Source of the DNA: a virus
Strand: one strand, 5' to 3'
Length of the DNA: 64,000 bases
Virus record (IMG/VR): IMGVR_UViG_3300042691_025170
Location: 36,579 to 100,578 of that record
The position numbers were made by a program, and so were the translations under genes. This document shows, one piece after another, positions 1 through 10,286 of the stretch. The notes under the pieces were generated by a model. It was not told the DNA's origin. It was given only the letters and a program-made list of their open reading frames with translations, and did not search any database. Position 1 is the stretch's first letter. Every line of letters begins with the position of its first letter.

Positions 1-1038
1 AAACAAAATCCAGAAATGTACAAGAAAAATGGTTTAAAAGTACACATGACAAATATCTGTTCAGAGATTGTATTACACACCGATGAACAACATTCTTTTG
101 TATGCTGCCTATCATCACTTAACTTAGCTAAGTATGATGAATGGAAAGACACGGATTTGATTTATACAGCTACCATGTTTTTAGATGGTGTATTGGAAGA
201 ATTTATCCAAAGAGCTAAAAATATGAAAGGATTTGAAAACGCAGTTCGTAGTGCTGAACGTGGAAGGGCATTGGGATTGGGTGTATTGGGATGGCACACA
301 TACTTGCAACAAAGAGGTATTCCTTTTGAAGGGTTGTCTGCACAATTTGAAACTCGTAAGATTTTCTCTCAAATGAAGATTGAATCTGAAAGAGCAAGTA
401 GAGACATGGCTAAAGAATATGGTGAACCACTTTGGTGTAAAGATTTTGGAATGAGAAATACTCACCTTCGTGCAATTGCACCCACAGTGTCCAATTCTAA
501 GTTGAGTGGTAATGTAAGTAGTGGTATTGAACCTTGGGCAGCAAATGTATTTACAGAACAAACTGCAAAAGGAACATTCATCCGTAAGAATCCAGAATTG
601 AAAAGAGTCCTAAAGAAAATTGGTCAAGACACTAAAGAAGTGTGGGACAAAATTTTAGAAGATGGTGGTTCTATACAAGGTTTGGATTTCTTAGATGAAT
701 GGTGTTACTTAGATGGTAAACTTGTTGAGTGTAAAGATGTATCAGATGTTGACAGAGATAAATGTTACGCTGTCAAGGAGGTTTATAAAACATTTAAAGA
801 AATAAATCAACTTGACTTAGTTCGTCAAGCAGGAATCCGTCAGCAGTATATTGACCAAGCTGTATCACTTAATTTGGCATTCCCCGCTACAGCATCTCCT
901 AAATGGATTAATCAAGTCCACATGGAAGCATGGAAGCAAGGTGTCAAAACTTTGTACTATATGAGAACAGAATCCGTATTACGTGGTGATATTGCGGCAA
1001 GAGCTATGGATGAAAATTGTGTAAGTTGTGAGGGATAA
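1..1038 (+). CDS. nrdA: Ribonucleotide reductase class I alpha subunit, C-terminal part (5' truncated by window)
   Basis: TNICSEI (thiyl Cys), CCLSSLN, LGLGVLG, AIAPTVS, SSGIEP, KTLYY and C-terminal CxxC (CVSCEG). Confidence 0.95.
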   Translation, partial: KQNPEMYKKNGLKVHMTNICSEIVLHTDEQHSFVCCLSSLNLAKYDEWKDTDLIYTATMFLDGVLEEFIQRAKNMKGFENAVRSAERGRALGLGVLGWHTYLQQRGIPFEGLSAQFETRKIFSQMKIESERASRDMAKEYGEPLWCKDFGMRNTHLRAIAPTVSNSKLSGNVSSGIEPWAANVFTEQTAKGTFIRKNPELKRVLKKIGQDTKEVWDKILEDGGSIQGLDFLDEWCYLDGKLVECKDVSDVDRDKCYAVKEVYKTFKEINQLDLVRQAGIRQQYIDQAVSLNLAFPATASPKWINQVHMEAWKQGVKTLYYMRTESVLRGDIAARAMDENCVSCEG

Positions 1039-1045
1039 TAAACAT

Positions 1046-1765
1046 ATGACTATGGCAGAAAACGAAAGCAGGAAACACAAGGAGTTAACTGAAAAAATTA
1101 GAGAAGCAAAAGAGGGGCCTAAAAATCCAATCCGTTTCCAACTCCAACTTAATGAAGAACAAAAGTTGGCAAAAGAAATGATAATGAACAACGCCGTAAC
1201 AGTACTAAGTGGTAAAGCAGGTAGTGGTAAAACATTAGTAGCTTGCCAGGTAGCACTTGATATGTTGTTTAAAAAAGCAGTCACTAAAATTATTATTACA
1301 AGACCAACTGTAAGTAAAGAAGAAATTGGTTTTTTACCAGGAGACCTTCGTGAAAAAATGGATCCGTGGGTTCAACCGATTTATTCTAACTTCTATCAGT
1401 TGTATAACAGAGAGAAAATTGAAAGTATTATACAGAATGGACAAGTAGAAATAGTACCTGTTGCATTTATGCGTGGTCGGACTTTCTTGGATAGTTTTGT
1501 AATAGTTGATGAGGCACAAAATTGCACTAACGACCAAATGGAAATGATAGTTTCTCGTTTAGGTATTCGTAGTAAAATGGTAGTATGTGGTGATACTCAG
1601 CAGGTAGATTTGAGAAACAAAAACGAAAGTGGATTCAAGTTTCTTCTTTCGGTAGCTAGGAGAGTTAAAGATATGGACTCAATGACATTAACTATAAATC
1701 ACAGACATTCTATAGTTGATGCAATATTAGATGAATATGAACAATTAAAACAAAACAATAAGTAA
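1046..1765 (+). CDS. phoH: PhoH-family ATPase
   Basis: GKAGSGKT, TRPTV, IGFLPGDL, FMRGRTF, DEAQN, GDTQQVD; start moved to first ATG. Confidence 0.95.
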   Translation: MTMAENESRKHKELTEKIREAKEGPKNPIRFQLQLNEEQKLAKEMIMNNAVTVLSGKAGSGKTLVACQVALDMLFKKAVTKIIITRPTVSKEEIGFLPGDLREKMDPWVQPIYSNFYQLYNREKIESIIQNGQVEIVPVAFMRGRTFLDSFVIVDEAQNCTNDQMEMIVSRLGIRSKMVVCGDTQQVDLRNKNESGFKFLLSVARRVKDMDSMTLTINHRHSIVDAILDEYEQLKQNNK

Positions 1766-1766
1766 T

Positions 1767-2030
1767 ATGGTAACGGTAAAAAAATTCAGCGCTTCTTGGT
1801 GCGGCCCATGTAAAATGTTAGCACCCATGTTTGAAGATGTTAAAAGTGGATATAATAATGTTATATTTGAAAACATCGATGTAGATGAAAATTTTGAATT
1901 AGCTTCTAAGTATGGTGTACGTGCAGTCCCTCTTGTAGTAATTGAAAAAGATGGAAAAGAAGTACAACGCTTTAGCGGTGTTCAATCAGTTATGACTTAT
2001 AAGAATGCTATCAACGAACATATTAACTAA
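1767..2030 (+). CDS. trxA: Thioredoxin
   Basis: WCGPCK active site, cis-Pro motif VP. Confidence 0.95.
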   Translation: MVTVKKFSASWCGPCKMLAPMFEDVKSGYNNVIFENIDVDENFELASKYGVRAVPLVVIEKDGKEVQRFSGVQSVMTYKNAINEHIN

Positions 2031-2073
2031 ACTATTTGTTTTAGGACAAAACATTTGTTATATTCCAGTTGTT

Positions 2074-2253
2074 ATGTTAAGACGAGGTGAACAGCATCCT
2101 ATGCACAAACTTACTGAAAAGCAAGTTAATACTATAAGAGAATTATGGAAAATAGGTCATCGCAATGTGCGTGTATTAGCTAAGAATAATGGAGTATCAC
2201 CTACCAACATTAAAAAAATTGTTAAAAACGAAACTTGGACACATATTAATTAG
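2074..2253 (+). CDS. Small helix-turn-helix protein resembling the C-terminal DNA-binding module of HNH homing endonucleases
   Basis: GEQHPMHKLTEKQVNTIR...LAKNNGVSPTNIKKIV...TW; ATG at 2074. Confidence 0.6.
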   Translation: MLRRGEQHPMHKLTEKQVNTIRELWKIGHRNVRVLAKNNGVSPTNIKKIVKNETWTHIN

Positions 2254-2255
2254 TT

Positions 2256-3476
2256 ATGAGATTTTGGGATACAGAAGAGGTTAAAGAAGAGTTTGACTTT
2301 GAAAAAAATAAAACAGAGTTTATCCAAAACATGGATATGCTCGCTTCTATGTCAGTAGAGGAGCAAACTCTTTACAAGAAATGGTGTGAATGGAATTTGG
2401 ATGTTCGTGCTAACATGAAAAAACTCCCAATCATTCATTCTTATTATGACCAATTATGGAAACCAAAAGACTTGCAAGATAAGGAACAAACATTAAAAGA
2501 GATTGATGAATTGGAACCGTATCTAGAAGTGGTTGAAGACGCAGCCGGTTCAAGTAAATGGAGTGATATTAGAAAGCTAATTCACACTATGGATTTTCAG
2601 GCTAATCCGGGTCGTAATGTTAAGTTTTATGTTAAAGACCGTGTGACTGAAAAAATACTTGGTCAGATATCATTTGGTTCGGATATTACATCATTGGCTG
2701 TTAGAGATGAATATATTGGCTGGAAAAAAGAAGATAAATTTGAAAACGGAAAATTAAATAACACAACTATTGCAACAACGATAGTATCTACACAACCTTT
2801 TGGTTACAACTTTCTTGGAGGTAAACTAGTAGCAGCACTGGCTACAGCACCGGAAGTCAGAGAATATTGGAAAAAGAAATATGGAAATATTCTTATAGCA
2901 GTTGGAACAACATCATTGTATGGTATCCATTCTCAGTATAATGGTATTCCTCATTTTAAAACATTAGGTGAATCAGCCGGCAAAATCAGTATAAAGCCTG
3001 AAGACAAATATTACGATGTATGGCATGCTTGGTTGAAAGAAAATCGCGAACAATGGTATCGTGAAAATATCAAGCAAGAGGTTGAAGTAGATGGTGTATA
3101 TGTTTCGGCAAATGATAGGTCTGGTCCAGTTACTGGAATTAAACAACGTATACTGGATCGTATATTTAAAGAATTGGGAATCAAATCCGGAAAGTACAAC
3201 CATGGATTCAAACGTGGTGTATACTTTGCGCAAATGTATGAAAATGGAAATGATTTCTTATGTGGTAAAATCACAGAAGACAAACTTGTTTTGAAAGAAA
3301 AATTCGCAGAAGGAAATTCATATACTCTAAAATGGTGGAAGGAAAAAGCAAAACGCCGTTACATTAAATTGTTAGAAGAAGGTCGTATTAAGCCAGAGGT
3401 TCTATTTTATGCAGATGCTATTGGAATGACTTGGGAACAGATGAAAGAAAAATACTTGGGAGAAGTCGGAAGATAA
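2256..3476 (+). CDS. DUF4338 / Druantia DruA-like protein
   Basis: PGRNVKFYV, LAVRDEYIGW, QPFGYNFLGGKLVAALA, TTSLYG..SQYN, LGESAG motifs. Confidence 0.7.
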   Translation: MRFWDTEEVKEEFDFEKNKTEFIQNMDMLASMSVEEQTLYKKWCEWNLDVRANMKKLPIIHSYYDQLWKPKDLQDKEQTLKEIDELEPYLEVVEDAAGSSKWSDIRKLIHTMDFQANPGRNVKFYVKDRVTEKILGQISFGSDITSLAVRDEYIGWKKEDKFENGKLNNTTIATTIVSTQPFGYNFLGGKLVAALATAPEVREYWKKKYGNILIAVGTTSLYGIHSQYNGIPHFKTLGESAGKISIKPEDKYYDVWHAWLKENREQWYRENIKQEVEVDGVYVSANDRSGPVTGIKQRILDRIFKELGIKSGKYNHGFKRGVYFAQMYENGNDFLCGKITEDKLVLKEKFAEGNSYTLKWWKEKAKRRYIKLLEEGRIKPEVLFYADAIGMTWEQMKEKYLGEVGR

Positions 3477-3499
3477 CAATTTATTTCGTATATTCAGTT

Positions 3500-6055
3500 A
3501 TGTATCAAAATATTTTCTATGAAAGAGGTAGAAACCTCATCCACTTGTGGGATGACCAAAGTGGTTATACAACATTTCCGTATCGTAAATACGCATATCG
3601 TAAAGACCCATACGGACAATATCGTTCAATGTATGGTGACAAGTTAGAACGAGTCAGTCGCTGGGAAAAGGATGAAGCTGAAGACCTTTTTGAGGCTGAT
3701 GTTCCTGAGACAACTCGTGTTCTCGTTGATGTTTATGATTCAGACCTACCATCAAAGGGTCATACAGTTCTGACTTTTGATATTGAGGTTGAAATGATTA
3801 CAGGCCTTCCTGATACAAAGGAAGCACAAAATGAAATTACAGCAATAGCTGCACATGATGACAGAAGTGGTCGCTATGAAGTTTTTGTTTTAGATAAACA
3901 CAGAAAAGCAAAAAAGACTAAAAATAATTTTAGCAAGGATGGTCGTGTGGTCGAGGTTCACATTTTTGATAATGAGAGAAATCTTCTGTCATCCTTCATA
4001 AATTATTATGAAGGTGTAATGCCAACCATTCTAACAGGTTGGAACATTGACTTTTTTGACATACCCTATCTTTACAATCGTATCCGAAATGTATTAGGAG
4101 AAAACAATGCTAAGAGACTATCCACAATAGGACAAACTTATTGGTCTCCATATCGTGAAAGATGGAGTTTTGGTGGTGTTAGTATTCTTGATTATTTGAA
4201 ATTATATAAGACTTACAATTATGGTCTTGAAAGTAGTTACACATTGAATCATATTGCTACTAAAGAATTGAAGAGAGGTAAGATTGAATATTCAGGTAAT
4301 CTTGATGAACTATTTGAGACAGACCTTGAAAAGTTTATTGAGTATAACATTGTGGATGTGGAACTTGTTGTAGCAATGGACCAGAAGTTAAAATTTGTTG
4401 ACCTCTGTAGAGCAATATGCCACGCTGGCTTCGTTCCTTATGAAGACTATATGTTCTCATCCAAGTATCTTGAAGGTGCGTGCCTGGCTTATCTAAAGAA
4501 GAAAGGGATGGTAGCACCAAACAAACCAAGAGACCGAAAGGAAAAGATGGCAGCTCTAAATGCTAGTGGTGATGAGAAATTCATCGGAGCATATGTGAAA
4601 GAACCGATTGTTGGAAAGTATGATTGGATATATGACCTTGACCTAACATCACTTTATCCTTCAATCATTATGAGTCTTAACATCAGTCCCGAAACTAAAA
4701 TCGGAAAGATTGATGGTTGGGATCCAGAAGAATGGATTAAGAATATTGATAAGAATTACAAACTAAAAAGTAAAAGTGGAGATGAATATGAATACACTCG
4801 TCAAGAATTGGAAGAAGTTATCAGAGATGGTAACTTATCGGTGGCAGCAAATGGTGTCCTATACAATCAGGACTCTCCGGGTCTTATTGCCGATATTTTA
4901 AGTACATGGTTTGACCAAAGAGTTGAGTTCCGAAAATTAGAAAAGAAATATGGTGAAGCGGGAGATAAAGAGAATTACGAATTCTATGCGAAGAGGCAGT
5001 TGGTTCAAAAGATTCTTCTTAATAGTATGTATGGTGTTCTTGGTCTTCCTGCCTTTCGGTTTTATGATATTGATAATGCAGAGGCGGTCACTATTACTGG
5101 TCAGATTATTATTAAGAAGACTGCGGAAATGGCGAACATGAAATATTGGAAAGAGTTGGGTAACAAAAATGATTATAATGTCTATATTGATACAGACTCA
5201 ATCTATATGCAAGCAGAACCATTAGTTAAGCATCGTTTCCCTGAATACAAAACATTTGACCAAGAAAGAATGGCACAAGAGGTAAACACCATTGCAGAGG
5301 AAACTCAATCATTTCTTAATAAGTTCTATGACATCTTTGCCGAACGATTCTTTTTCATTCCAACTGGTAAGCATCGTTTTGAAATCAAAAAGGAGTACAT
5401 CAGTAAAGCAGGTTTTTGGTTGGCAAAGAAACGATATGCTCAATGGATGATTTTAAAGAATGGTATTCCGTGTGACAAACTTGATGTGAAGGGTCTTGAT
5501 GTGGTAAGGTCATCATTTCCAAAGGCATTCCAAGACTTCATGGCAAAGATGTTGAAAGATATTCTAATGAACAAATCGGCAGACGATATCGGAGCAGACT
5601 TAATATCTTTCAAAACTAACCTTCCAAATCTTCCGATTTCAAAAATCGCAAAGGGTGGGGCTATCAAAGAACTTAGTAAGTACGATGATGGTAAGTGGAA
5701 GCCGGGTATTCCGATTTCAAGTTATGAAAAAGGAACACCTGCCCATGTCAAAGCCGGAATCGCATATAATCGTCTTCTGAAATTCTTCAATTGTCCTTTC
5801 AAACACGAACCGATTCGTGATGGTGACAAAGTGAAATGGGTTTATCTAAGGTCTAATCCACTTGGACTTGAGGGGTTAGCATTCCGTGATTACAATGACC
5901 CGAAAGAGATAATGGATTTCATCACTCAATACATAGACCGAGATGAAATCTATGAATCGGAGTTGGAGAATAAAATCGTAGACTTCTATACAGCATTGGG
6001 TTGGGATAAACCTACTTTGGAAACACAGACAGCCAAGAAGTTCTTTTCATTTTGA
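3500..6055 (+). CDS. Family B DNA polymerase (T4 gp43-like) with 3'-5' exonuclease
   Basis: ExoI FDIEVE, ExoII GWNIDFFDIPY, ExoIII YNIVDV; polymerase motifs DLTSLYPSI, KILLNSMYG, YIDTDS, KKRYA; ATG 3500 preferred over the overlapping upstream start. Confidence 0.97.
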   Translation: MYQNIFYERGRNLIHLWDDQSGYTTFPYRKYAYRKDPYGQYRSMYGDKLERVSRWEKDEAEDLFEADVPETTRVLVDVYDSDLPSKGHTVLTFDIEVEMITGLPDTKEAQNEITAIAAHDDRSGRYEVFVLDKHRKAKKTKNNFSKDGRVVEVHIFDNERNLLSSFINYYEGVMPTILTGWNIDFFDIPYLYNRIRNVLGENNAKRLSTIGQTYWSPYRERWSFGGVSILDYLKLYKTYNYGLESSYTLNHIATKELKRGKIEYSGNLDELFETDLEKFIEYNIVDVELVVAMDQKLKFVDLCRAICHAGFVPYEDYMFSSKYLEGACLAYLKKKGMVAPNKPRDRKEKMAALNASGDEKFIGAYVKEPIVGKYDWIYDLDLTSLYPSIIMSLNISPETKIGKIDGWDPEEWIKNIDKNYKLKSKSGDEYEYTRQELEEVIRDGNLSVAANGVLYNQDSPGLIADILSTWFDQRVEFRKLEKKYGEAGDKENYEFYAKRQLVQKILLNSMYGVLGLPAFRFYDIDNAEAVTITGQIIIKKTAEMANMKYWKELGNKNDYNVYIDTDSIYMQAEPLVKHRFPEYKTFDQERMAQEVNTIAEETQSFLNKFYDIFAERFFFIPTGKHRFEIKKEYISKAGFWLAKKRYAQWMILKNGIPCDKLDVKGLDVVRSSFPKAFQDFMAKMLKDILMNKSADDIGADLISFKTNLPNLPISKIAKGGAIKELSKYDDGKWKPGIPISSYEKGTPAHVKAGIAYNRLLKFFNCPFKHEPIRDGDKVKWVYLRSNPLGLEGLAFRDYNDPKEIMDFITQYIDRDEIYESELENKIVDFYTALGWDKPTLETQTAKKFFSF

Positions 6056-6106
6056 AAACACAAATAAATTCACTATATTTACAAACTAAAACTTAAAAAC
6101 AAAACT

Positions 6107-6820
6107 ATGAACAAAAACAATTTACTCAAATTCATTCAGAAATATTCACTTGGTGGACTGATTGAGTCCGTGGTATGGAAAGCAGAAAAATCAACACTTG
6201 GTGTCCGTTTCATTTCAGATGACAAGACTCTACTCGGTGAGGTTGAATTTAATGCTTATACTGACCAACCATTTAATGTTGGAATTTATACAACGTCACT
6301 ATTTAAGAATATGATTTCTGTATTGGATAATGATTTGTCACTTAAAGTTGAAACAGCAGGTGACAAAGCTGTTAGTCTTAAAGTTTCATCGGAAGAGACT
6401 GAAACTTCGTATCAGTTAGCAGATACTAGCGTTATTCCATCTGTGCCTGATTTAAAAAAACTACCCAACTTTAATGTTGAAATTGAAATGACATCTGCTA
6501 TGGTGGATAAATTCATTAAAGCAAAAGGAGCATTGAGTGACATTGATACATTTACTGTTTTCACAGAGAAAGGTGATTTGAAAATGGCCATCGGTTATTC
6601 TTCAATTTCTACAAACAGAATTACATTCACTTGTAAGAAAGACTTTACAACTGACATTAAACCTATTTCGTTTTCAGCAAAATATTTGAAAGAGGTTCTT
6701 ACTGCAAATAAAGAAGCAACAGCAGCTAAACTTCTCGTGTCAAGTGATGGTCTATGTCATGTTCAATTCCAAGTTGATGACTTTGTTTCAAAGTATTATC
6801 TTGTAGAAATTTCTAACTAA
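6107..6820 (+). CDS. Sliding clamp (gp45/PCNA-like)
   Basis: 237 aa between polymerase and clamp loader; FISDDKTLLG, ISFSAKYLKEVL, SSDGL..V.F, KYYLV pattern. Confidence 0.75.
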   Translation: MNKNNLLKFIQKYSLGGLIESVVWKAEKSTLGVRFISDDKTLLGEVEFNAYTDQPFNVGIYTTSLFKNMISVLDNDLSLKVETAGDKAVSLKVSSEETETSYQLADTSVIPSVPDLKKLPNFNVEIEMTSAMVDKFIKAKGALSDIDTFTVFTEKGDLKMAIGYSSISTNRITFTCKKDFTTDIKPISFSAKYLKEVLTANKEATAAKLLVSSDGLCHVQFQVDDFVSKYYLVEISN

Positions 6821-6821
6821 T

Positions 6822-7076
6822 ATGCAAGAAGAAAATTTACAACCAGAGAAAAAATATTTCAATAGAGCAGAGTGGTGTTTTCAATTTTTTGATGGAGATG
6901 TAGTACCTTTTGCTTATAGTAAGGAAGATGGTGACAAGTATCCTTTGACAATAGAAGTACATCCAATAGAAGGTGATGCTGTAACCTTTACATATAAAGG
7001 AATGGAATTCAAAATTTTTGCTAGGGAAATGAGTGAGGAATCAAAAGAAAAACTTAAGAATGAAGGTAAGAATTAA
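6822..7076 (+). CDS. Hypothetical protein
   Basis: ORF tightly packed in operon. Confidence 0.6.
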   Translation: MQEENLQPEKKYFNRAEWCFQFFDGDVVPFAYSKEDGDKYPLTIEVHPIEGDAVTFTYKGMEFKIFAREMSEESKEKLKNEGKN

Positions 7077-7482
7077 ACGAATGCACTCCTCGGCAATTAT
7101 ACCTAATTATGCTAAGATAGGAGATGCAGCAATAGACTTAACGGTAACATCAATGAAAGATGAAGCATTTCAAGTTACATATGGATTTGGATGGGCAGTG
7201 GAAATACCAGAGGGTCATGTTGGACTAATTTTCCCAAGGTCATCTGTAAAAAATACCGATATTGTTTTGTCAAATTCGGTTGGTGTGATTGACAGTGGTT
7301 ATCGTGGAGAAATTATGGCTGTATTTAAAAAACTCGCAGGTAGTGTCTCAAAAAAATACTACATTGGAGACAGAGCAGCTCAGTTAATTATCATACCATA
7401 TCCTCAACTTGAATTCCAAGTGACAGATGAATTGTCTGAAACCGAAAGAGGAACGGGTGGATTTGGAAGTACAGGAAATTAA
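7060..7482 (+). CDS. dut: Trimeric dUTPase
   Basis: GDAAIDL, PRSS, GVIDSGYRGEI, GDRAAQ, RGTGGFGSTG. Confidence 0.95.
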   Translation: MKVRIKRMHSSAIIPNYAKIGDAAIDLTVTSMKDEAFQVTYGFGWAVEIPEGHVGLIFPRSSVKNTDIVLSNSVGVIDSGYRGEIMAVFKKLAGSVSKKYYIGDRAAQLIIIPYPQLEFQVTDELSETERGTGGFGSTGN

Positions 7483-7496
7483 TAGTATATTACAAC

Positions 7497-8444
7497 ATGA
7501 GTATTTTTGAAAACGATATAAATAAAAGAGAGCATAGTTTGTGGGTTGAAAAATATCGCCCACAAACTCTAGCTGATTATGTTGGAAATGAAACCGTAAA
7601 GGAAACAATCCAACAATACCTTGAAACAAATGATATTCCTCATTTGCTTTTCTATGGTAAAGCGGGAACGGGTAAAACCACTCTTGCAAAACTGATTGTC
7701 AACACCATCAAGTGCGATTGGATGATACTGAACGCATCGGACGAAAATAATGTTGATACGGTTCGGACGAAAGTAAAGAACTTCGCATCATCAGTAGGTT
7801 TCGCAGGTTTTAAAGTGATTATACTTGATGAGTTTGATTACATGACACCAAACGCACAGGCAATCCTTCGTAACTTGATGGAGACATTCAGTAAACATTG
7901 TAGGTTTATTTTGACTTGTAATTATATTGAGAAGATTATTGACCCGATTCAGAGTCGTTGTCAGAGTTTCGCAATCACTCCACCAACTAAAAAAGATGTG
8001 GCAATTCAAGTTGCAAAAATTCTTGATACCGAAGGTGTAAAGTATGACATCAAAAATGTAGCAGACATTATCACATCTTACTATCCTGATATTCGTAGAG
8101 TTATTAATACTTGTCAACTACAGTCCGTTAAAGGTGAGTTGAAAGTGGACAAACAAATAATGGTTGAATCGGATTTCAAAACTAAACTATTAGAATTACT
8201 CAAAGCAAAAGATGACAAGAGGAATACATTTCTGAACATTCGTCAAGCAGTTGCTGACAACAAGTTGAATGATTACTCGGAGATGTATACAATGCTTTAC
8301 GACAAAGTTGATGAGTACGCTACAGGCAATACCGCAAATGTGATTCTAACGATTGCAGATGGTGTGAGTAAAGATGCACTTGTAGTTGACAAAGAAATAG
8401 TATTCATGGCAACAATTATTCAAATTTTAAACATAATAAAATGA
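7497..8444 (+). CDS. Clamp loader ATPase subunit (RFC/gp44-like)
   Basis: WVEKYRP, GKAGTGKTT, LNASDE, ILDEFD, AQAILR, TCNY, IQSRC. Confidence 0.95.
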   Translation: MSIFENDINKREHSLWVEKYRPQTLADYVGNETVKETIQQYLETNDIPHLLFYGKAGTGKTTLAKLIVNTIKCDWMILNASDENNVDTVRTKVKNFASSVGFAGFKVIILDEFDYMTPNAQAILRNLMETFSKHCRFILTCNYIEKIIDPIQSRCQSFAITPPTKKDVAIQVAKILDTEGVKYDIKNVADIITSYYPDIRRVINTCQLQSVKGELKVDKQIMVESDFKTKLLELLKAKDDKRNTFLNIRQAVADNKLNDYSEMYTMLYDKVDEYATGNTANVILTIADGVSKDALVVDKEIVFMATIIQILNIIK

Positions 8445-8731
8445 CAAACGAACAACCAAATAAAACAGACTTTCAAGCAAAAGGTATTTCCTTAAAAGAT
8501 GCTAGAGACATGGCGTGTGATTGTGGAAATGTAATCTTTATGCCGGGATATAGGTTTAAAAAAGTATCAAGGTTACTAACAGGTGCACCAAAAGATTCAT
8601 TAGTACCTATTGAATTATATTTGTGTACATCATGTGGTAAACCTCTTCAAGAACTTTTACCGGAAGAGTTAAAAGGAAAACAAACACCAGAACCACCAAA
8701 AACATCCCTGATTCAAGACCCAAATGGCTAA
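8441..8731 (+). CDS. Zn-ribbon protein
   Basis: CDCG...CTSCG. Confidence 0.6.
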   Translation: MTNEQPNKTDFQAKGISLKDARDMACDCGNVIFMPGYRFKKVSRLLTGAPKDSLVPIELYLCTSCGKPLQELLPEELKGKQTPEPPKTSLIQDPNG

Positions 8732-9173
8732 GAAATTATTTGACCATCTAAATGCGATAACCGCTGAGCAAGACCCAAAGTATTTTGACAAGTTATCAGA
8801 GGAAGATGTAAAGAGTTGGAGCAACTTTATGATTAATCGTTTCCTATCTATGAAAATAGAATGGATTGAATTGATTGCAGAGTTTCTCCCACTCTCTCAA
8901 ACTCTTTCACCAAAAGAATTATACAAACTATATATTGGTGTTATTCCAAAAGGTAGGCACTATACTAAATATATTAAAGGTAGAGGTGACGAAAAATATG
9001 AGGAGTTCCTCTTGGACTTGATTAAGAAAGATTACCTATGTTCAGAGAAAGAAGCAAAGGAATACGCAGAAATACTTTATGCAACTCGTGATGGTAGAGA
9101 ATGGATGAGAGACCTTTGTGAAAGATATGGTGTACATAAAAAAGAGATTACAAAACTAAAACTTAAACTATAA
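8724..9173 (+). CDS. Probable clamp loader small subunit (gp62-like)
   Basis: LFDHLNAI, FMINRFLSM, YTKYIK pattern; adjacent to the gp44-like gene. Confidence 0.6.
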   Translation: MAKKLFDHLNAITAEQDPKYFDKLSEEDVKSWSNFMINRFLSMKIEWIELIAEFLPLSQTLSPKELYKLYIGVIPKGRHYTKYIKGRGDEKYEEFLLDLIKKDYLCSEKEAKEYAEILYATRDGREWMRDLCERYGVHKKEITKLKLKL

Positions 9174-10033
9174 TGGGCAGAGTCTCATTCTCACAATATT
9201 CGATGTGGAGCACTTGCCCATATCAGTATAAGTTAGCTTACGTAGATAATCTTTCGGAGTCATCTTCAAACATTCATAGTGTTTTTGGTAGTGCAATGCA
9301 CGAAACACTCCAACAATATCTTGACATATGTCTACGTGTTTCCAAATCACAAGCAGACAAAACTTTCTTTCCAAAAGAGGTTCTGAAAAATAAGATGAGA
9401 GAGATATACCTCAAGGAGTCCGATGGTGGTAAGAATCAAATATGTACAAAGGAAGAACTTGTAGAGTTTTTAGAAGATGGTAATCTAATTATAGATTATT
9501 TTCAAAAGTCAAAAAATTTCAATAAATTTTTTACTCTTAAAGAAGATGAAATAATTGCTATTGAACAACCAATAAACACCAAGATAGCTGATAATGTAAA
9601 CTTTTTGGGATTTATAGATTTGGTAGTTAGAAACAATTATTACAATCGTTATCGTATCATAGACTTCAAAACATCAACCAAAGGATGGAGTGATTATCAG
9701 AAAAAAGATCCTGTAAAAAATGCACAAATACTTCTTTATAAAAAGTTTTATGCAGAACTACTTAGTATATCCGAAGAGCAAATAGATGTTGAGTTTATAA
9801 TTCTGAAAAGAAAAATAAATGAAAATGTAGAATATCCACCACCAAGAATATCAAAACACATTCCTGCAAATGGTAAGCCATCTATAAATAAAGCTTGGGC
9901 TGGATTTAAGGGATTTGTTGATGAGGTATTTGATAAGGATGGTAATTACAAAACTGATATTGTATTTGCCAAGAAACCATCAAAACTTTGTGAATGGTGT
10001 GAATTTTATGGTAAATACTGTGATGGAAAATAA
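9173..10033 (+). CDS. PD-(D/E)XK nuclease (RecB/Cas4-like exonuclease)
   Basis: SFSQY..W..CPYQY, GSAMHE, GFIDLV, IIDFKTS, Q..LY, C-terminal CEWCEF...C. Confidence 0.85.
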   Translation: MGRVSFSQYSMWSTCPYQYKLAYVDNLSESSSNIHSVFGSAMHETLQQYLDICLRVSKSQADKTFFPKEVLKNKMREIYLKESDGGKNQICTKEELVEFLEDGNLIIDYFQKSKNFNKFFTLKEDEIIAIEQPINTKIADNVNFLGFIDLVVRNNYYNRYRIIDFKTSTKGWSDYQKKDPVKNAQILLYKKFYAELLSISEEQIDVEFIILKRKINENVEYPPPRISKHIPANGKPSINKAWAGFKGFVDEVFDKDGNYKTDIVFAKKPSKLCEWCEFYGKYCDGK

Positions 10034-10073
10034 ATTTGTATATACTTATATATGTAAATAAAATATATAGGTT

Positions 10074-10277
10074 ATGGCAAATTCAGAAAATACAAAACTT
10101 ACAACCGTTAAAATACTAAAAGGTGTCTACGCTTCTTTTAAGAAGATTTCAATAGACACGGAAATAAATTTACAAAAGGTTGTAAATAGAAGTTTAAATT
10201 TGTATATTACAGATGAACTTTTTAGAAACAAAGTTGATAAACATATAGAACTTCAAGTAAGTGGTTCACAATTTTAA
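10074..10277 (+). CDS. Small putative DNA-binding protein (ribbon-helix-helix-like)
   Basis: LTTVKI..YASFK..LQKVVNRSL pattern, 67 aa. Confidence 0.45.
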   Translation: MANSENTKLTTVKILKGVYASFKKISIDTEINLQKVVNRSLNLYITDELFRNKVDKHIELQVSGSQF

Positions 10278-10286
10278 AAATTATTT

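Noticed and set aside
3431-6055. Intein or intron in DNA polymerase, NrdA or clamp loader
   Set aside because: Lengths and motif spacing are normal; no intein termini or reading-frame interruptions seen
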